Shown here: positions 29,873 through 39,136 of the stretch, in pieces
Layout: the number at the start of each line of letters is the position of its first letter
Position numbering within the stretch: position 1 is the stretch's first letter
IMG/VR virus record: IMGVR_UViG_3300026521_000527
Span: 72,865 to 136,864 of that record
DNA from: a virus
DNA: 64,000 bases
Direction: 5' to 3' (one strand)
Notes under the pieces: model-generated
The model's database searches: none
Seen by the model: only the letters and a program-made list of their open reading frames with translations
What the model was told of the DNA's origin: nothing
Position numbers and translations under genes: made by a program

Positions 29873-31045
29873 TTAGAATTTTATTTTACCGTACTTATTA
29901 ATTAAAGTGGTAGAAGTAAAAACTAAATTTGACCCCATATTTTGAGGGGAAACTGTAATTGGACAAATTCTTCCAAAACTTGATTTATCATTTCTTTGCC
30001 AACTTTTTGGCAATCTCCCTTGCTTAATAATTTGAATATCTTGGGATACCTTATTTATCAAAGGAAGTGCGAAAGGTAAACTTATATCATAAAGTTGCCC
30101 TCGATGTAATAATTTATTAAATCCAGTTGTCATGACGGCATATTCATTTAACGTCGGTAAAAAGTTCTGACCTTTTTTATCAACGATTCCATAAAGTAAT
30201 CTAATATACATTTCAAGTAAAGGTCTAATTAAATATTCAGTTAATACAACACGACGATTATGCAAATCAGCCATATCAATAATAGTCTTATCAACATAAT
30301 ACTCTATTACCTTTTTAATAATATCAAAAAGATTGTCGACACTATAATAATCGTTGAAGATTTCACGATAGTAATCCAATAATAAATATCTATCCATCCA
30401 AGCAGGAACATCAATGTCATTAAAATTTTCCCATTTATAAAAATCAAGAAACCCTTTGACAAATTTTCTTTGATCTTCCCTAGTAAATTTAAGCTTGCTG
30501 ATTAACCCAAGTTCTTTTAACTCATGAAGATAATCTGGATCATTTTGAAAAAATACTCTAAAAAATACATCCATACTTACCTGTTTTGATCTAAAATGAA
30601 CTGAACCTTTTTGAAAATCAAAAGTAAAATTATAAACAGCATTCAAATTAATAAAAATTTTATCTTTACCATCATCCTCATTAAATATCCTATCGATTGG
30701 CGCTTTTTCCAGGAATAGTAATGGAACATAAGTACTACCATTTAAGATGAAATAATTATTATCAATAAGCGCCGGGATTAAAGCCGTGGTTTCATTTGAG
30801 AAATCTCCATGCTTCTGTTTAATAATAACTCGATCATAATAATTAGCTGAGTCGGCTAAGTATTGACTTGTAGATCTTTCCCAATCTATTGAATATTCAA
30901 AAGACTCATCAATTTCTTTAATATTACTGTACATATTCGCTAATAAAGATCTAGATTTCATTAAGTCAACTTTTCTAAAATCTTTAATATGCATATAATT
31001 ATCCGTCGTTAAGTCTCGTGAAGAGAAATGTATAGAATTCATCAA
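29873..31045 (-). CDS. Phage RNAP set A, beta subunit N-terminal part
   Basis: YFILNG..YVP, D.ADL.NRRV and SFGRICPITVS.QNMG (equivalent of the rifampicin region). Confidence 0.85.
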   Translation of the reverse strand: MMNSIHFSSRDLTTDNYMHIKDFRKVDLMKSRSLLANMYSNIKEIDESFEYSIDWERSTSQYLADSANYYDRVIIKQKHGDFSNETTALIPALIDNNYFILNGSTYVPLLFLEKAPIDRIFNEDDGKDKIFINLNAVYNFTFDFQKGSVHFRSKQVSMDVFFRVFFQNDPDYLHELKELGLISKLKFTREDQRKFVKGFLDFYKWENFNDIDVPAWMDRYLLLDYYREIFNDYYSVDNLFDIIKKVIEYYVDKTIIDMADLHNRRVVLTEYLIRPLLEMYIRLLYGIVDKKGQNFLPTLNEYAVMTTGFNKLLHRGQLYDISLPFALPLINKVSQDIQIIKQGRLPKSWQRNDKSSFGRICPITVSPQNMGSNLVFTSTTLINKYGKIKF

Positions 31046-31517
31046 TATCCTTTATTAAAAAGTCGGCTCCAGCTTGAGCTGCAAATAATTTCAATTTTAT
31101 AAAGTATTCTTTACCAAACGCTGTATATTCTTTCAATATATCTTCCGAAGACATCTTCCTTTCAGAGTCTAAACTACTATCAACTGATTTAATAAAATCT
31201 TTAATAGTTATTACTGTAAAAATATCTTTATTTTTAAATTCTTTTGGAATATTATAAAGTTCTAAAAAATCATCAGAAAAATCACCATTGATTTTTTCAG
31301 GATTATCTACAATTATTTTTAAATTCTTTTTCCGGAATTTTAAAAAATTATACAGTTTTAAAATAATTTCGCGATCACAAACAATCTTTGTCATTGTCCC
31401 AATATTAAACGTATTTTCGTAATCCCCATCAAGTTCATCCACATCCATAACGGATCTCGAATTGATAAATAGACGGAGAGTATTGGAACTATTTATTTCA
31501 ATCGAATTCTTAATCAT
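30999..31517 (-). CDS. Hypothetical protein within the RNAP set A cluster
   Basis: 172-aa ORF overlapping both neighbours. Confidence 0.6.
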   Translation of the reverse strand: MIKNSIEINSSNTLRLFINSRSVMDVDELDGDYENTFNIGTMTKIVCDREIILKLYNFLKFRKKNLKIIVDNPEKINGDFSDDFLELYNIPKEFKNKDIFTVITIKDFIKSVDSSLDSERKMSSEDILKEYTAFGKEYFIKLKLFAAQAGADFLIKDIDEFYTFLFTRLNDG

Positions 31518-31773
31518 CCAAAGTCTCCGAATTTGGTAATGACTTTTTCAGAATATACTGATAGAATTCATCAATTTCTGATTGAAGAAAATTAACCCTC
31601 GCTCTTTTTATAATAGTAGTTTTATTCCAATGAAGTTTAATTATATTCTCTGGATAAAGCTTAGATATTTTAGTGGGTATTTTAGATTGATCAACATATT
31701 CAATATCTACTTGATAAATTGAATCATTTATAAATTTCGAGTAGATCATGATACATGTGCTCCACTGATACAT
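31510..31773 (-). CDS. Possible small hypothetical protein
   Basis: Fills the gap between the beta-prime C gene and 30999-31517; start uncertain. Confidence 0.4.
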   Translation of the reverse strand: MYQWSTCIMIYSKFINDSIYQVDIEYVDQSKIPTKISKLYPENIIKLHWNKTTIIKRARVNFLQSEIDEFYQYILKKSLPNSETLDD

Positions 31774-33697
31774 CAGTTGATTTTGTATAAATTTTACTAA
31801 TAGCTCTATTACTAAAATTATAAAAAATACTTAATTTTGGATCTAGCATTTCTATAATATTTTTTAAAGCGATTTGTCTAGTCGGTTCCTTATCACTATA
31901 TCTATAAAGAACATCATCTTCATCATAATATAAAAGACTTATAATAAGTTCTAGATAAACACTTAAAATATCATTTTGCTCTATAACAACTGATAATTTA
32001 TCATATAAAACAGAAGGGTCTATTAAAGCAGCTCCATCTCTATTTTTATCAATTAAAGATGTAATTGAGTTTAATGTTTTAACTGAATCATCATTAAAAG
32101 GTTGATTAATTACATTAAATATTAGAGTTATTTTGGACTCTTCTTTAGAAATATCTATTTCAATATCATCATCTGTATAAATATTTTTTAAATAATTTAA
32201 TATATATTCTAATTGATCTTCAAGAGTTCCAATTGACTCATTTTCTTTTTCCAAAATAATTTCTTTCTCTGAAAATTTAGCTTCTCTTAAAATACTTAGA
32301 AGTTTTTTATCCTCAGTTGCAATAAAAGCTCCACCAAAATGGTGAGTCCTAAGAACGGATTGTATAATACCCTCAGATAATCCTGATCCAATAATTGCCC
32401 CTAAGTTTACACTATCCGGTATCTTTGAACCAAAACATTTTTTACAGATTTTATATCCACTATGTTTACATGTAATTGGACTCCTTATTAAGATATCTAG
32501 ACCAATCAGAGATTCATCATTAATATCTATTTTTTCTTCCTGTCCAGTAGAGTCATTAAACCACCATCTATGATTTAAAAGCTCAAGGATTGTTTTATTC
32601 TTAATATTTATTTTAAAATACTTATCAGTTCCGCAATCTTCAAGATCTTTATCCAGTTTTAAAATACCCGTGGTGAAGAAGAATTTTCTTTGTAGTTCGC
32701 CTCCTTTTGGAATTGCTTCCTGTCTTTGAGCCAGCGCCAATCTAGCGCTATCTCCTGTCATAAAATACTCTTCTTCCGTTAAACCATCAAGTAAAGAATT
32801 TTCAATATTTGCTTTAAACGCTTTTCCATAGATATCCGTAGGAATACCAGTATTCGATGCAGCCTTCAGTAATTGAACCGATTTTAATCTTGCCCCACTA
32901 TTGAATACAAGATTCAATATATTATTGGGATCTTCTTCCACTGTATTTTTAACCTTTTCAAAAAGTATTAAATTTTGATGAAACGCTAAAAATGGTTCTT
33001 CTTTAAATAAACTACTTCGTATATCATCTATTTCTTTATTACCAACTGCAAAATCTTTCAAATCGAAAGAAGGATTGCAGTGTGTTATAACTGTACTGCA
33101 TTCTAAAAGAAATTTATCAAACTCATGTATATTCAACCAGAAGTCAAACTCAATGCCTCTTGAATTTAAATCTTGAACTATAGCCCAAAATCTCTCAGTT
33201 AACTTTAAAAGATTTTTTTTATTTAGAACGCCATCTTTTTCAATTTCGTAGAATGGCTCACCGAGCAATTCCACAGAATTTTCCAATTCACCGAATAAAG
33301 AAATATGGATTAACCATTCAATATAAGAAAGAGTTCTATTGAACTCTTTGATGTGAAATTGTCTACCAGGTTCTGATTCAACCAAATTAATATCAGCAAC
33401 TAGTTCATCTAATGTATTTAATTCAACTATTTCTCTATCTGGGAATTGAGCTAGATTTTCTTTTGCTCGCAAAGTTAACATAAAAGCACTATAAATTGAT
33501 TCATGTTCATAGTCAATTAATAATTTATCCATGTGCTCAAATTCAATAAGATTTTTCACAAAGGCGTACTTAAAATCAGCTCGTGCTTGTTTTGAATGCA
33601 TAGCGGCTGCAATAACATTATCACCATCATGATCACTATTATCAAATTGTGACATTAAATTTGATTTCTCAATTACTTGATTGCTTCCTATAATCAT
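31724..33697 (-). CDS. Phage RNAP set A, beta-prime C-terminal part with the catalytic loop
   Basis: NSDHDGD (NADFDGD variant), bridge-helix-like EYF...SARLALA...GGELQRKF, DCGT, RSPITC..C..C and trigger-loop-like SE...QSVLRTHH.GG. Confidence 0.9.
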   Translation of the reverse strand: MIIGSNQVIEKSNLMSQFDNSDHDGDNVIAAAMHSKQARADFKYAFVKNLIEFEHMDKLLIDYEHESIYSAFMLTLRAKENLAQFPDREIVELNTLDELVADINLVESEPGRQFHIKEFNRTLSYIEWLIHISLFGELENSVELLGEPFYEIEKDGVLNKKNLLKLTERFWAIVQDLNSRGIEFDFWLNIHEFDKFLLECSTVITHCNPSFDLKDFAVGNKEIDDIRSSLFKEEPFLAFHQNLILFEKVKNTVEEDPNNILNLVFNSGARLKSVQLLKAASNTGIPTDIYGKAFKANIENSLLDGLTEEEYFMTGDSARLALAQRQEAIPKGGELQRKFFFTTGILKLDKDLEDCGTDKYFKINIKNKTILELLNHRWWFNDSTGQEEKIDINDESLIGLDILIRSPITCKHSGYKICKKCFGSKIPDSVNLGAIIGSGLSEGIIQSVLRTHHFGGAFIATEDKKLLSILREAKFSEKEIILEKENESIGTLEDQLEYILNYLKNIYTDDDIEIDISKEESKITLIFNVINQPFNDDSVKTLNSITSLIDKNRDGAALIDPSVLYDKLSVVIEQNDILSVYLELIISLLYYDEDDVLYRYSDKEPTRQIALKNIIEMLDPKLSIFYNFSNRAISKIYTKSTDVSVEHMYHDLLEIYK

Positions 33698-33747
33698 ACA
33701 TTTCCTTTTATTTTTTTAATAAATTATAATGATCTACAATTAAGTAT

Positions 33748-34305
33748 TTAATGAGCAAAAAGCTCATTAAATACTTCAATATTATATTTCTTTTGAATAT
33801 CAAGAACCACATTTGGAATAACTGTCGTAACATTATTTATCTTTTTATTGGATTCAATATATATATTAATATGCTCCATCAATGTTGATAAATTATAAAG
33901 ACTATTGAATATTGGATTCCTATTATTTAAAAATGCAGCAAATCCTACAAAAGCTTGCAAGCCAGCATAATTAAAATCAGCCGGCTTTAATTCAAAATCA
34001 GGAAAATATTCAAAGAAAGGTAATTTTATATCTCCTACAAAATCTTCAATATCTGCATTTGAAACACCGATATAAAAAGGTATTAAAAACAATCTATATT
34101 TTTTTCTCTTTAATTCAGTCTGCATTTTAAATTCTTCAATTAGTCTATCAACATTCTGATAAGTTTCTTTATCTATATATACAAAAGCTAAATCTGATAT
34201 TGTGACCACTTTAGAATCTATATCTGATTCAACTTCGAGTGCTTTTGAAACATTTTCAGTAATATCTAAAAAATCATTATAAGTCATATTTCTCCTTAAA
34301 TCCAC
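33748..34305 (-). CDS. Hypothetical protein between the beta-prime halves
   Basis: 185-aa ORF; the likely start is the second Met (MTYND) after AAGGAG. Confidence 0.65.
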   Translation of the reverse strand: MDLRRNMTYNDFLDITENVSKALEVESDIDSKVVTISDLAFVYIDKETYQNVDRLIEEFKMQTELKRKKYRLFLIPFYIGVSNADIEDFVGDIKLPFFEYFPDFELKPADFNYAGLQAFVGFAAFLNNRNPIFNSLYNLSTLMEHINIYIESNKKINNVTTVIPNVVLDIQKKYNIEVFNELFAH

Positions 34306-34307
34306 AG

Positions 34308-34589
34308 TTATAGAACTATTTTTAAAATGCGCCTATTAAAATCATTATAAGCATAATCTAATTTTGGGTTAATTTCATATAGTAAATCAAAAAGATGTTT
34401 TGTGGCAATAACATTATTATAAATTACTTTCCCATCTGTACCACTAATTAAAGGAACAGATCTATTTAGATTAATAACTCGTTTGTCACCGATCTTTAAA
34501 AAAGACCCTGTGGATGTATTCTCAAATTCAGTTGGGTATTTTTCACTAGGTAAATGAAATCCACCTCCTCCATAAAAAACTATATGCAT
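34308..34589 (-). CDS. Hypothetical protein between the beta-prime halves
   Basis: 93-aa ORF abutting both neighbours. Confidence 0.6.
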   Translation of the reverse strand: MHIVFYGGGGFHLPSEKYPTEFENTSTGSFLKIGDKRVINLNRSVPLISGTDGKVIYNNVIATKHLFDLLYEINPKLDYAYNDFNRRILKIVL

Positions 34590-34591
34590 TT

Positions 34592-35923
34592 CTATTCCTC
34601 CAAATCATTTAAAAAATCATCAATTATTTCTTCATCATTTACTTCTGGATTCAGTTCTATATTGCCATCATCCTCCTCATAATTTAATTTATCGTCAATT
34701 AATTTTAAAATATCATTATCATCAAAAACATTGGCTAAAACATATCCTCCTATATTATATCGCCATAATGTTGGTTGCCTCTCAACTAAGAGTTTAAATT
34801 CACTGATGTGTTTTTCTAAAAACTCTTGGAAATCTTCATCACGAATATTTATTTGGAAATCTTTATCGAATGATTTATAAATATATTGAATAAAATCAAC
34901 TATTGAGATATTATTATCATTTATCGGATTATCTTGATATTTAGTATATAAATAATGCAATAATTCCGGAAGAAATAATTTTTTTACTGACGAAACATGA
35001 AGCCCGATTTGATATGGCCTGAGAGCTGGATTAGGCACTAAAACCGATCTTTGTGAAAACTCTACTGTTTTTCCAGTCAAGGCTTCTCGAATATAACTCT
35101 CTTTTTTTTGAAAATTAAATTCAAGTATTACTTCATAAATTTCATCAACAGTCTGTTGGTATTTATAAACGGTATACCCGAAAAAATCTGGGTTTGCTTT
35201 AAATAATTGATCGGACATATTTATATTTTTAGCCTTATTTTTAAGAATTTGGCTATAACTTTTGGTAATTGGATGGGGTAAAATTTTGGTAGGAGAGATT
35301 TTTATAATTTGACGACTACTTGGTGGAACCACCAAAACATAATCTAAAAATATATAATCCAAGAATTTTGGATTTACAACTAAAGTTTCAAATGAAGCCT
35401 GATAGCTTGGATGGGTTCTTAGGAACTCAAAGAGTGATTTTAAACTAACTATATCATAAACTGGTTGCTCAATTCTTCTTTCATTTGCTTTCATTCTAGA
35501 TTCTTTTACCAATCTATGTTTTTCAAGACTAAAGAAATAAGGAGCCTCTTTATTATTCTGGTAATCTTTTTTATTTAGTAGACTTTTTATAGCGACTTGT
35601 CCAAAAAACTGTTGCAAAACATTTTTGAAATTTGGGTTAACTACATAAATTCCATCTGGAAATTCTATTTTTGCAAATGTTGTTGTCCTATTATCTGTGG
35701 TACCGCAAAGAACATGACACTCTTCACAATACAATCCAGCGTTTTTCTTTCCAAATAGTTTATTGCATTGGCACCTAAATTTCTTAATTGGGCCAAATAT
35801 TTGCTCAGAATATAAACCATCCGGATGAAAAACCTCTTGTTTCACACTGGTATATATTTTTGGACTAGTTATGTCAACTAACTGATCTGAATTTTCATAA
35901 ATTTTAAAATTTAAATCTAACAT
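34592..35923 (-). CDS. Phage RNAP set A, beta-prime N-terminal part
   Basis: GLYSEQIFGP, Zn ribbon CQC..CEEC, VPP..R, GKTVEFSQRSV and RQPTLW (NRAPTLH equivalent); acidic tail. Confidence 0.9.
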   Translation of the reverse strand: MLDLNFKIYENSDQLVDITSPKIYTSVKQEVFHPDGLYSEQIFGPIKKFRCQCNKLFGKKNAGLYCEECHVLCGTTDNRTTTFAKIEFPDGIYVVNPNFKNVLQQFFGQVAIKSLLNKKDYQNNKEAPYFFSLEKHRLVKESRMKANERRIEQPVYDIVSLKSLFEFLRTHPSYQASFETLVVNPKFLDYIFLDYVLVVPPSSRQIIKISPTKILPHPITKSYSQILKNKAKNINMSDQLFKANPDFFGYTVYKYQQTVDEIYEVILEFNFQKKESYIREALTGKTVEFSQRSVLVPNPALRPYQIGLHVSSVKKLFLPELLHYLYTKYQDNPINDNNISIVDFIQYIYKSFDKDFQINIRDEDFQEFLEKHISEFKLLVERQPTLWRYNIGGYVLANVFDDNDILKLIDDKLNYEEDDGNIELNPEVNDEEIIDDFLNDLEE

Positions 35924-36309
35924 TAGATTCCTTTCTCAATAGCATATCTAAGGCAAACATTTATATGCTTACAGCTTCTAACAGTGCATGTTGGGTTAGT
36001 CTCCTTCGGAGGTTCTAATACAAAATCAGGTTGTGTCAAAAGGGCACCGTGTTGATCGAAGCAATATGCTAATCTGTACCTAAAGTCTAAACAACTACAA
36101 TAAACCTTAATTTTACTACTTGGTGTAATTTTTGGCGTATTTGATTCGATCTTTACGACATACATGCTTGGTTGTATATCTGTAGTCGATTTTTTACTAA
36201 TTAAACTGAATTGTTTTATATAAGGGCGATTTATAACTTTTATAACTTTTATAGTATTATCTTGTGATCTAAGTATACTACTTACTGTAATTGATGATTG
36301 GGTTGCCAT
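35923..36309 (-). CDS. SWIM zinc-finger protein
   Basis: CSCLDF...CKH. Likely start MATQ at 36309 after AAAGGA. Confidence 0.7.
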   Translation of the reverse strand: MATQSSITVSSILRSQDNTIKVIKVINRPYIKQFSLISKKSTTDIQPSMYVVKIESNTPKITPSSKIKVYCSCLDFRYRLAYCFDQHGALLTQPDFVLEPPKETNPTCTVRSCKHINVCLRYAIEKGI

Positions 36310-36346
36310 TTTTGTCCTTTGAAAAAAATAAAATAAAATAAAAAAA

Positions 36347-36546
36347 TTGGACAATAGGAACCCCGTCCCTCTCAGGCCAGTGAACTATCCAAGTACTACC
36401 GATTTCAGTTTATCCTGAACCATTTCCATATTTCTTATACTTCTTTTGATTCAGGGACCTACTCACGATAGGACCCGATACCACACCACCATCCAGATGA
36501 CGAGGATCCGTCCACGATTAGTACCCTCCGATATCTAACCGCTTCT
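36347..36546 (-). ncRNA. Candidate structured non-coding RNA (~200 nt)
   Basis: GC-rich island with nested stems (CCUGAAUC/GGUUCAGG, GUACUA/UAGUAC), a promoter-like motif upstream, and a GGAC..GUCC hairpin plus long U-tract downstream. Confidence 0.5.
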
Positions 36547-36554
36547 AATAATAG

Positions 36555-36583
36555 TATTTATATACTTCGAGAAGTTATTCTAA
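36555..36583 (-). promoter_or_regulatory. Candidate phage promoter TTAGAATAA-N8-AGTATATAAATA
   Basis: Second copy of the motif; it overlaps the clamp-loader stop codon. Confidence 0.55.
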
Positions 36584-37591
36584 ACTATAAATTCCACCCC
36601 CTTTCGCTTCAAATATATTTTCAAGTATCTGAGCAAACATTGTTAAAAAATGCAAAGTCTTAAATCTTTTTAACTCCAAATCTTGATAAAATTCTTGAAT
36701 TGTTTTTTGATGTAATAGATTCAAATCCGAATCAATCAATCCTTTAAATATATAATCAAAATTTAAATGCAGATCTGATTTAAAAACTTTTAAAATGTAC
36801 TCATAATAAGTGAAAAAATGCTGATCATTTTTTGCATCCTTAATAATATCAAGTTCTAATCCGACACCCAATGTCTCAAAATATTTTATCAGGTACACAG
36901 CATAATTTATTACGTTATCCTCAGTATCAGATACACCAATAAAACTGTTAATTATACTTGGATCAAATATTCCAGATACTGATGCAAGTTCCAAATTATT
37001 TATAATATCTCGAAGACCTTTAGTTTTAAAAGAACTTACGAATTTTTTAAGATCTTCTAGATGGTATTTTATTTTTTCAGAATCTAGAATAAATTTTACT
37101 CTTTCGAATATCTTATTTTCATCAAGATCTGTAAAATGTATTTTGGTATTAAATCTAGTCAGGAGGGCCGAATCCATTTTTTCAGGATTATTCGTCGTTG
37201 CTAAAAAAGCAGTCGTCGCTTGATATTTTTCTAATAACCCATCTTTCAAGACAACTTGAGCCTGAGCACTTAGTCTATCAATTTCTTCGATTTTAACTAT
37301 TTTCTGTTTACTACTTGCTGCACGCTGCTGCAACCATCTAGCTAATTCATCAACGGAATCAATTTTTCGATCCAAGATAAAGATATCTACTCTATTTTTT
37401 ACAATGCGATTAATTAGAACTTCATTAATGGTTGTCTTTCCAAGTCCAGCAGCACCATAACTTAAAATATTACCATTAATAAATTCATTATTATAAAAAG
37501 TTCTAATAACTTTTTCTATATTTTCATTTGGAAAAATAACTTCATCAATTGATCTGGGGCGATATTTTTCAAACCACGCTTTAAACATCAT
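36575..37591 (-). CDS. Clamp loader AAA+ subunit (RFC/T4 gp44-like)
   Basis: WFEKYRP..IDEV, GAAGLGKTT, IEEIDRL..AQ and TTN...ALLTRF. Confidence 0.9.
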   Translation of the reverse strand: MMFKAWFEKYRPRSIDEVIFPNENIEKVIRTFYNNEFINGNILSYGAAGLGKTTINEVLINRIVKNRVDIFILDRKIDSVDELARWLQQRAASSKQKIVKIEEIDRLSAQAQVVLKDGLLEKYQATTAFLATTNNPEKMDSALLTRFNTKIHFTDLDENKIFERVKFILDSEKIKYHLEDLKKFVSSFKTKGLRDIINNLELASVSGIFDPSIINSFIGVSDTEDNVINYAVYLIKYFETLGVGLELDIIKDAKNDQHFFTYYEYILKVFKSDLHLNFDYIFKGLIDSDLNLLHQKTIQEFYQDLELKRFKTLHFLTMFAQILENIFEAKGGGIYSLE

Positions 37592-38340
37592 AAAAATCCA
37601 ATATCTTTAGATAGTATATTCATAATATTATTATTGGCTAATATACAGACACCTTGCACGATATCTTTATTTTTCCTTAAAATATCCATCATTTTTCTTA
37701 ATTCACTTCTGTTAGTGTTTAAGCTTTTAAAATATAATTCGGCATTATGATAATCATAATAACCTTCATTAAATATATTTTTTATCCAAGCTTTTTGTAG
37801 ATAATGTATTGAGATACGATGATAATTGTCATTTGATTGAGAATTATTAATCAAAAAATCCCGAGTTCTTTTGGTTGATTCTCCCAAATGTGTAACAACT
37901 TTAAAAATTTTTAAATTAGATACATCTTTTGCGGCAAATATAAATTCAAAATCAATTTTAATTTCTCCAGGATATTCCCTTTCAAAAGATATTCTAAGTT
38001 TATAATCATTATTAAAATGATTTTTTTCTTGGCGTGTCGTTTTAACTACATCGAAAGAAATTTTTCTTTCAAATTCGCTTTTTTTCATATCATAAACCAT
38101 CTGTTCAAATAGAGGATTATCAATATATCCATTTTCTAAAATCTCAGAAATTATCCATTCGAATTTTAATATATGATCAGGTTGTCTAATGTTGCAACTT
38201 ATATTTTTTTGAATACCTTTTGTAAATAAGATTGTCGATAGAAAATTAAGAGCATCATTTTGAATACAATTATCTCCATTTATATGACGAAAAACCAGAT
38301 TATACTGAGTCAATTTTCCACGAAATAATGATTTAGCCAT
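37588..38340 (-). CDS. Hypothetical protein
   Basis: 250-aa ORF with an ATGA overlap with the clamp loader gene. Confidence 0.7.
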   Translation of the reverse strand: MAKSLFRGKLTQYNLVFRHINGDNCIQNDALNFLSTILFTKGIQKNISCNIRQPDHILKFEWIISEILENGYIDNPLFEQMVYDMKKSEFERKISFDVVKTTRQEKNHFNNDYKLRISFEREYPGEIKIDFEFIFAAKDVSNLKIFKVVTHLGESTKRTRDFLINNSQSNDNYHRISIHYLQKAWIKNIFNEGYYDYHNAELYFKSLNTNRSELRKMMDILRKNKDIVQGVCILANNNIMNILSKDIGFL

Positions 38341-38350
38341 TAAAAGATCC

Positions 38351-39067
38351 TTATATTTTAAATTGATAATTATTTATTTTATTTTCGAGAAGTGTACCTT
38401 CCGCAGCTTTTTTGCGTTCAAGACATGCCTCGCATTTTAAACAAGGCGCAAATAAATTATCTTTCTGGTTGGGATTATAACATGTCCATGTTTTCTGCCA
38501 AGGCACTTTTAACTCAATACCAACCTCAACAATTTCTTTTTTATAATTATCGACAAATGGTGTATATAATTCAATAGATTTGCAATCATTTAATTCAAGA
38601 AGACTATTTAATCTCTTGACGAATTCTGGAGAAATATCCCAATAATCCCTATCATATATTGAGTGCTTATGAACCCCAAGTCCAATTTTAATTTCATCCA
38701 CATTCATATAGAAAGAGGTAATTTCTCCAACGACACCAGAAATTATCGAAAATAATAAATTTCTTGACGGTGTATAATATTCCATCGAAGTTTCTTTATT
38801 TATAATACCAGAGTCTCTCAATGATGAATATATTAATCCATTTTGATTATAAATTGCATTAGTATCAATTTCAATAAAATCCAGAACTCTATTACCGAAG
38901 GTGTTTTTCATTTCCGTGAAAATGTTTCTAAAACACTCTTTTTCAATAATGTTTAATTGTCCATAATCTATATTTATTGGTAAAATTGTAAATCCATCTT
39001 CAATTGCTTTATATGCAAGTGTTGTTGAATCCAAACCTCCACTCATTGAAACTACACATAATTTCAT
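38351..39067 (-). CDS. queC: 7-cyano-7-deazaguanine synthase (QueC)
   Basis: SMSGGLDST, DYGQ, YTPSRN, YWD.SPEF and TWTCY..C..C..C.ER. Confidence 0.92.
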   Translation of the reverse strand: MKLCVVSMSGGLDSTTLAYKAIEDGFTILPINIDYGQLNIIEKECFRNIFTEMKNTFGNRVLDFIEIDTNAIYNQNGLIYSSLRDSGIINKETSMEYYTPSRNLLFSIISGVVGEITSFYMNVDEIKIGLGVHKHSIYDRDYWDISPEFVKRLNSLLELNDCKSIELYTPFVDNYKKEIVEVGIELKVPWQKTWTCYNPNQKDNLFAPCLKCEACLERKKAAEGTLLENKINNYQFKI

Positions 39068-39100
39068 ATATTTCCTTTATTATTTTGATTGGGCACGGAA

Positions 39101-39131
39101 GGGGATAGGGTGCATAGTGCACCCTATCCCC
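39101..39131. repeat. Inverted repeat, 14-bp stem, 3-nt loop
   Basis: ggggatagggtgca-tag-tgcaccctatcccc. Confidence 0.95.
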
Positions 39132-39136
39132 TAATA

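Noticed and set aside
33698-34591. Group I intron or intein interrupting set A beta-prime
   Set aside because: Both halves have their own start and stop (the C half with an RBS); no intein termini, intron core or homing-endonuclease motif was seen in the intervening ORFs.
36347-36546. tRNA, tmRNA, SRP, RNase P or rRNA fragment
   Set aside because: No cloverleaf or T-loop, no CCA end and none of the diagnostic motifs of those RNAs were recognised.
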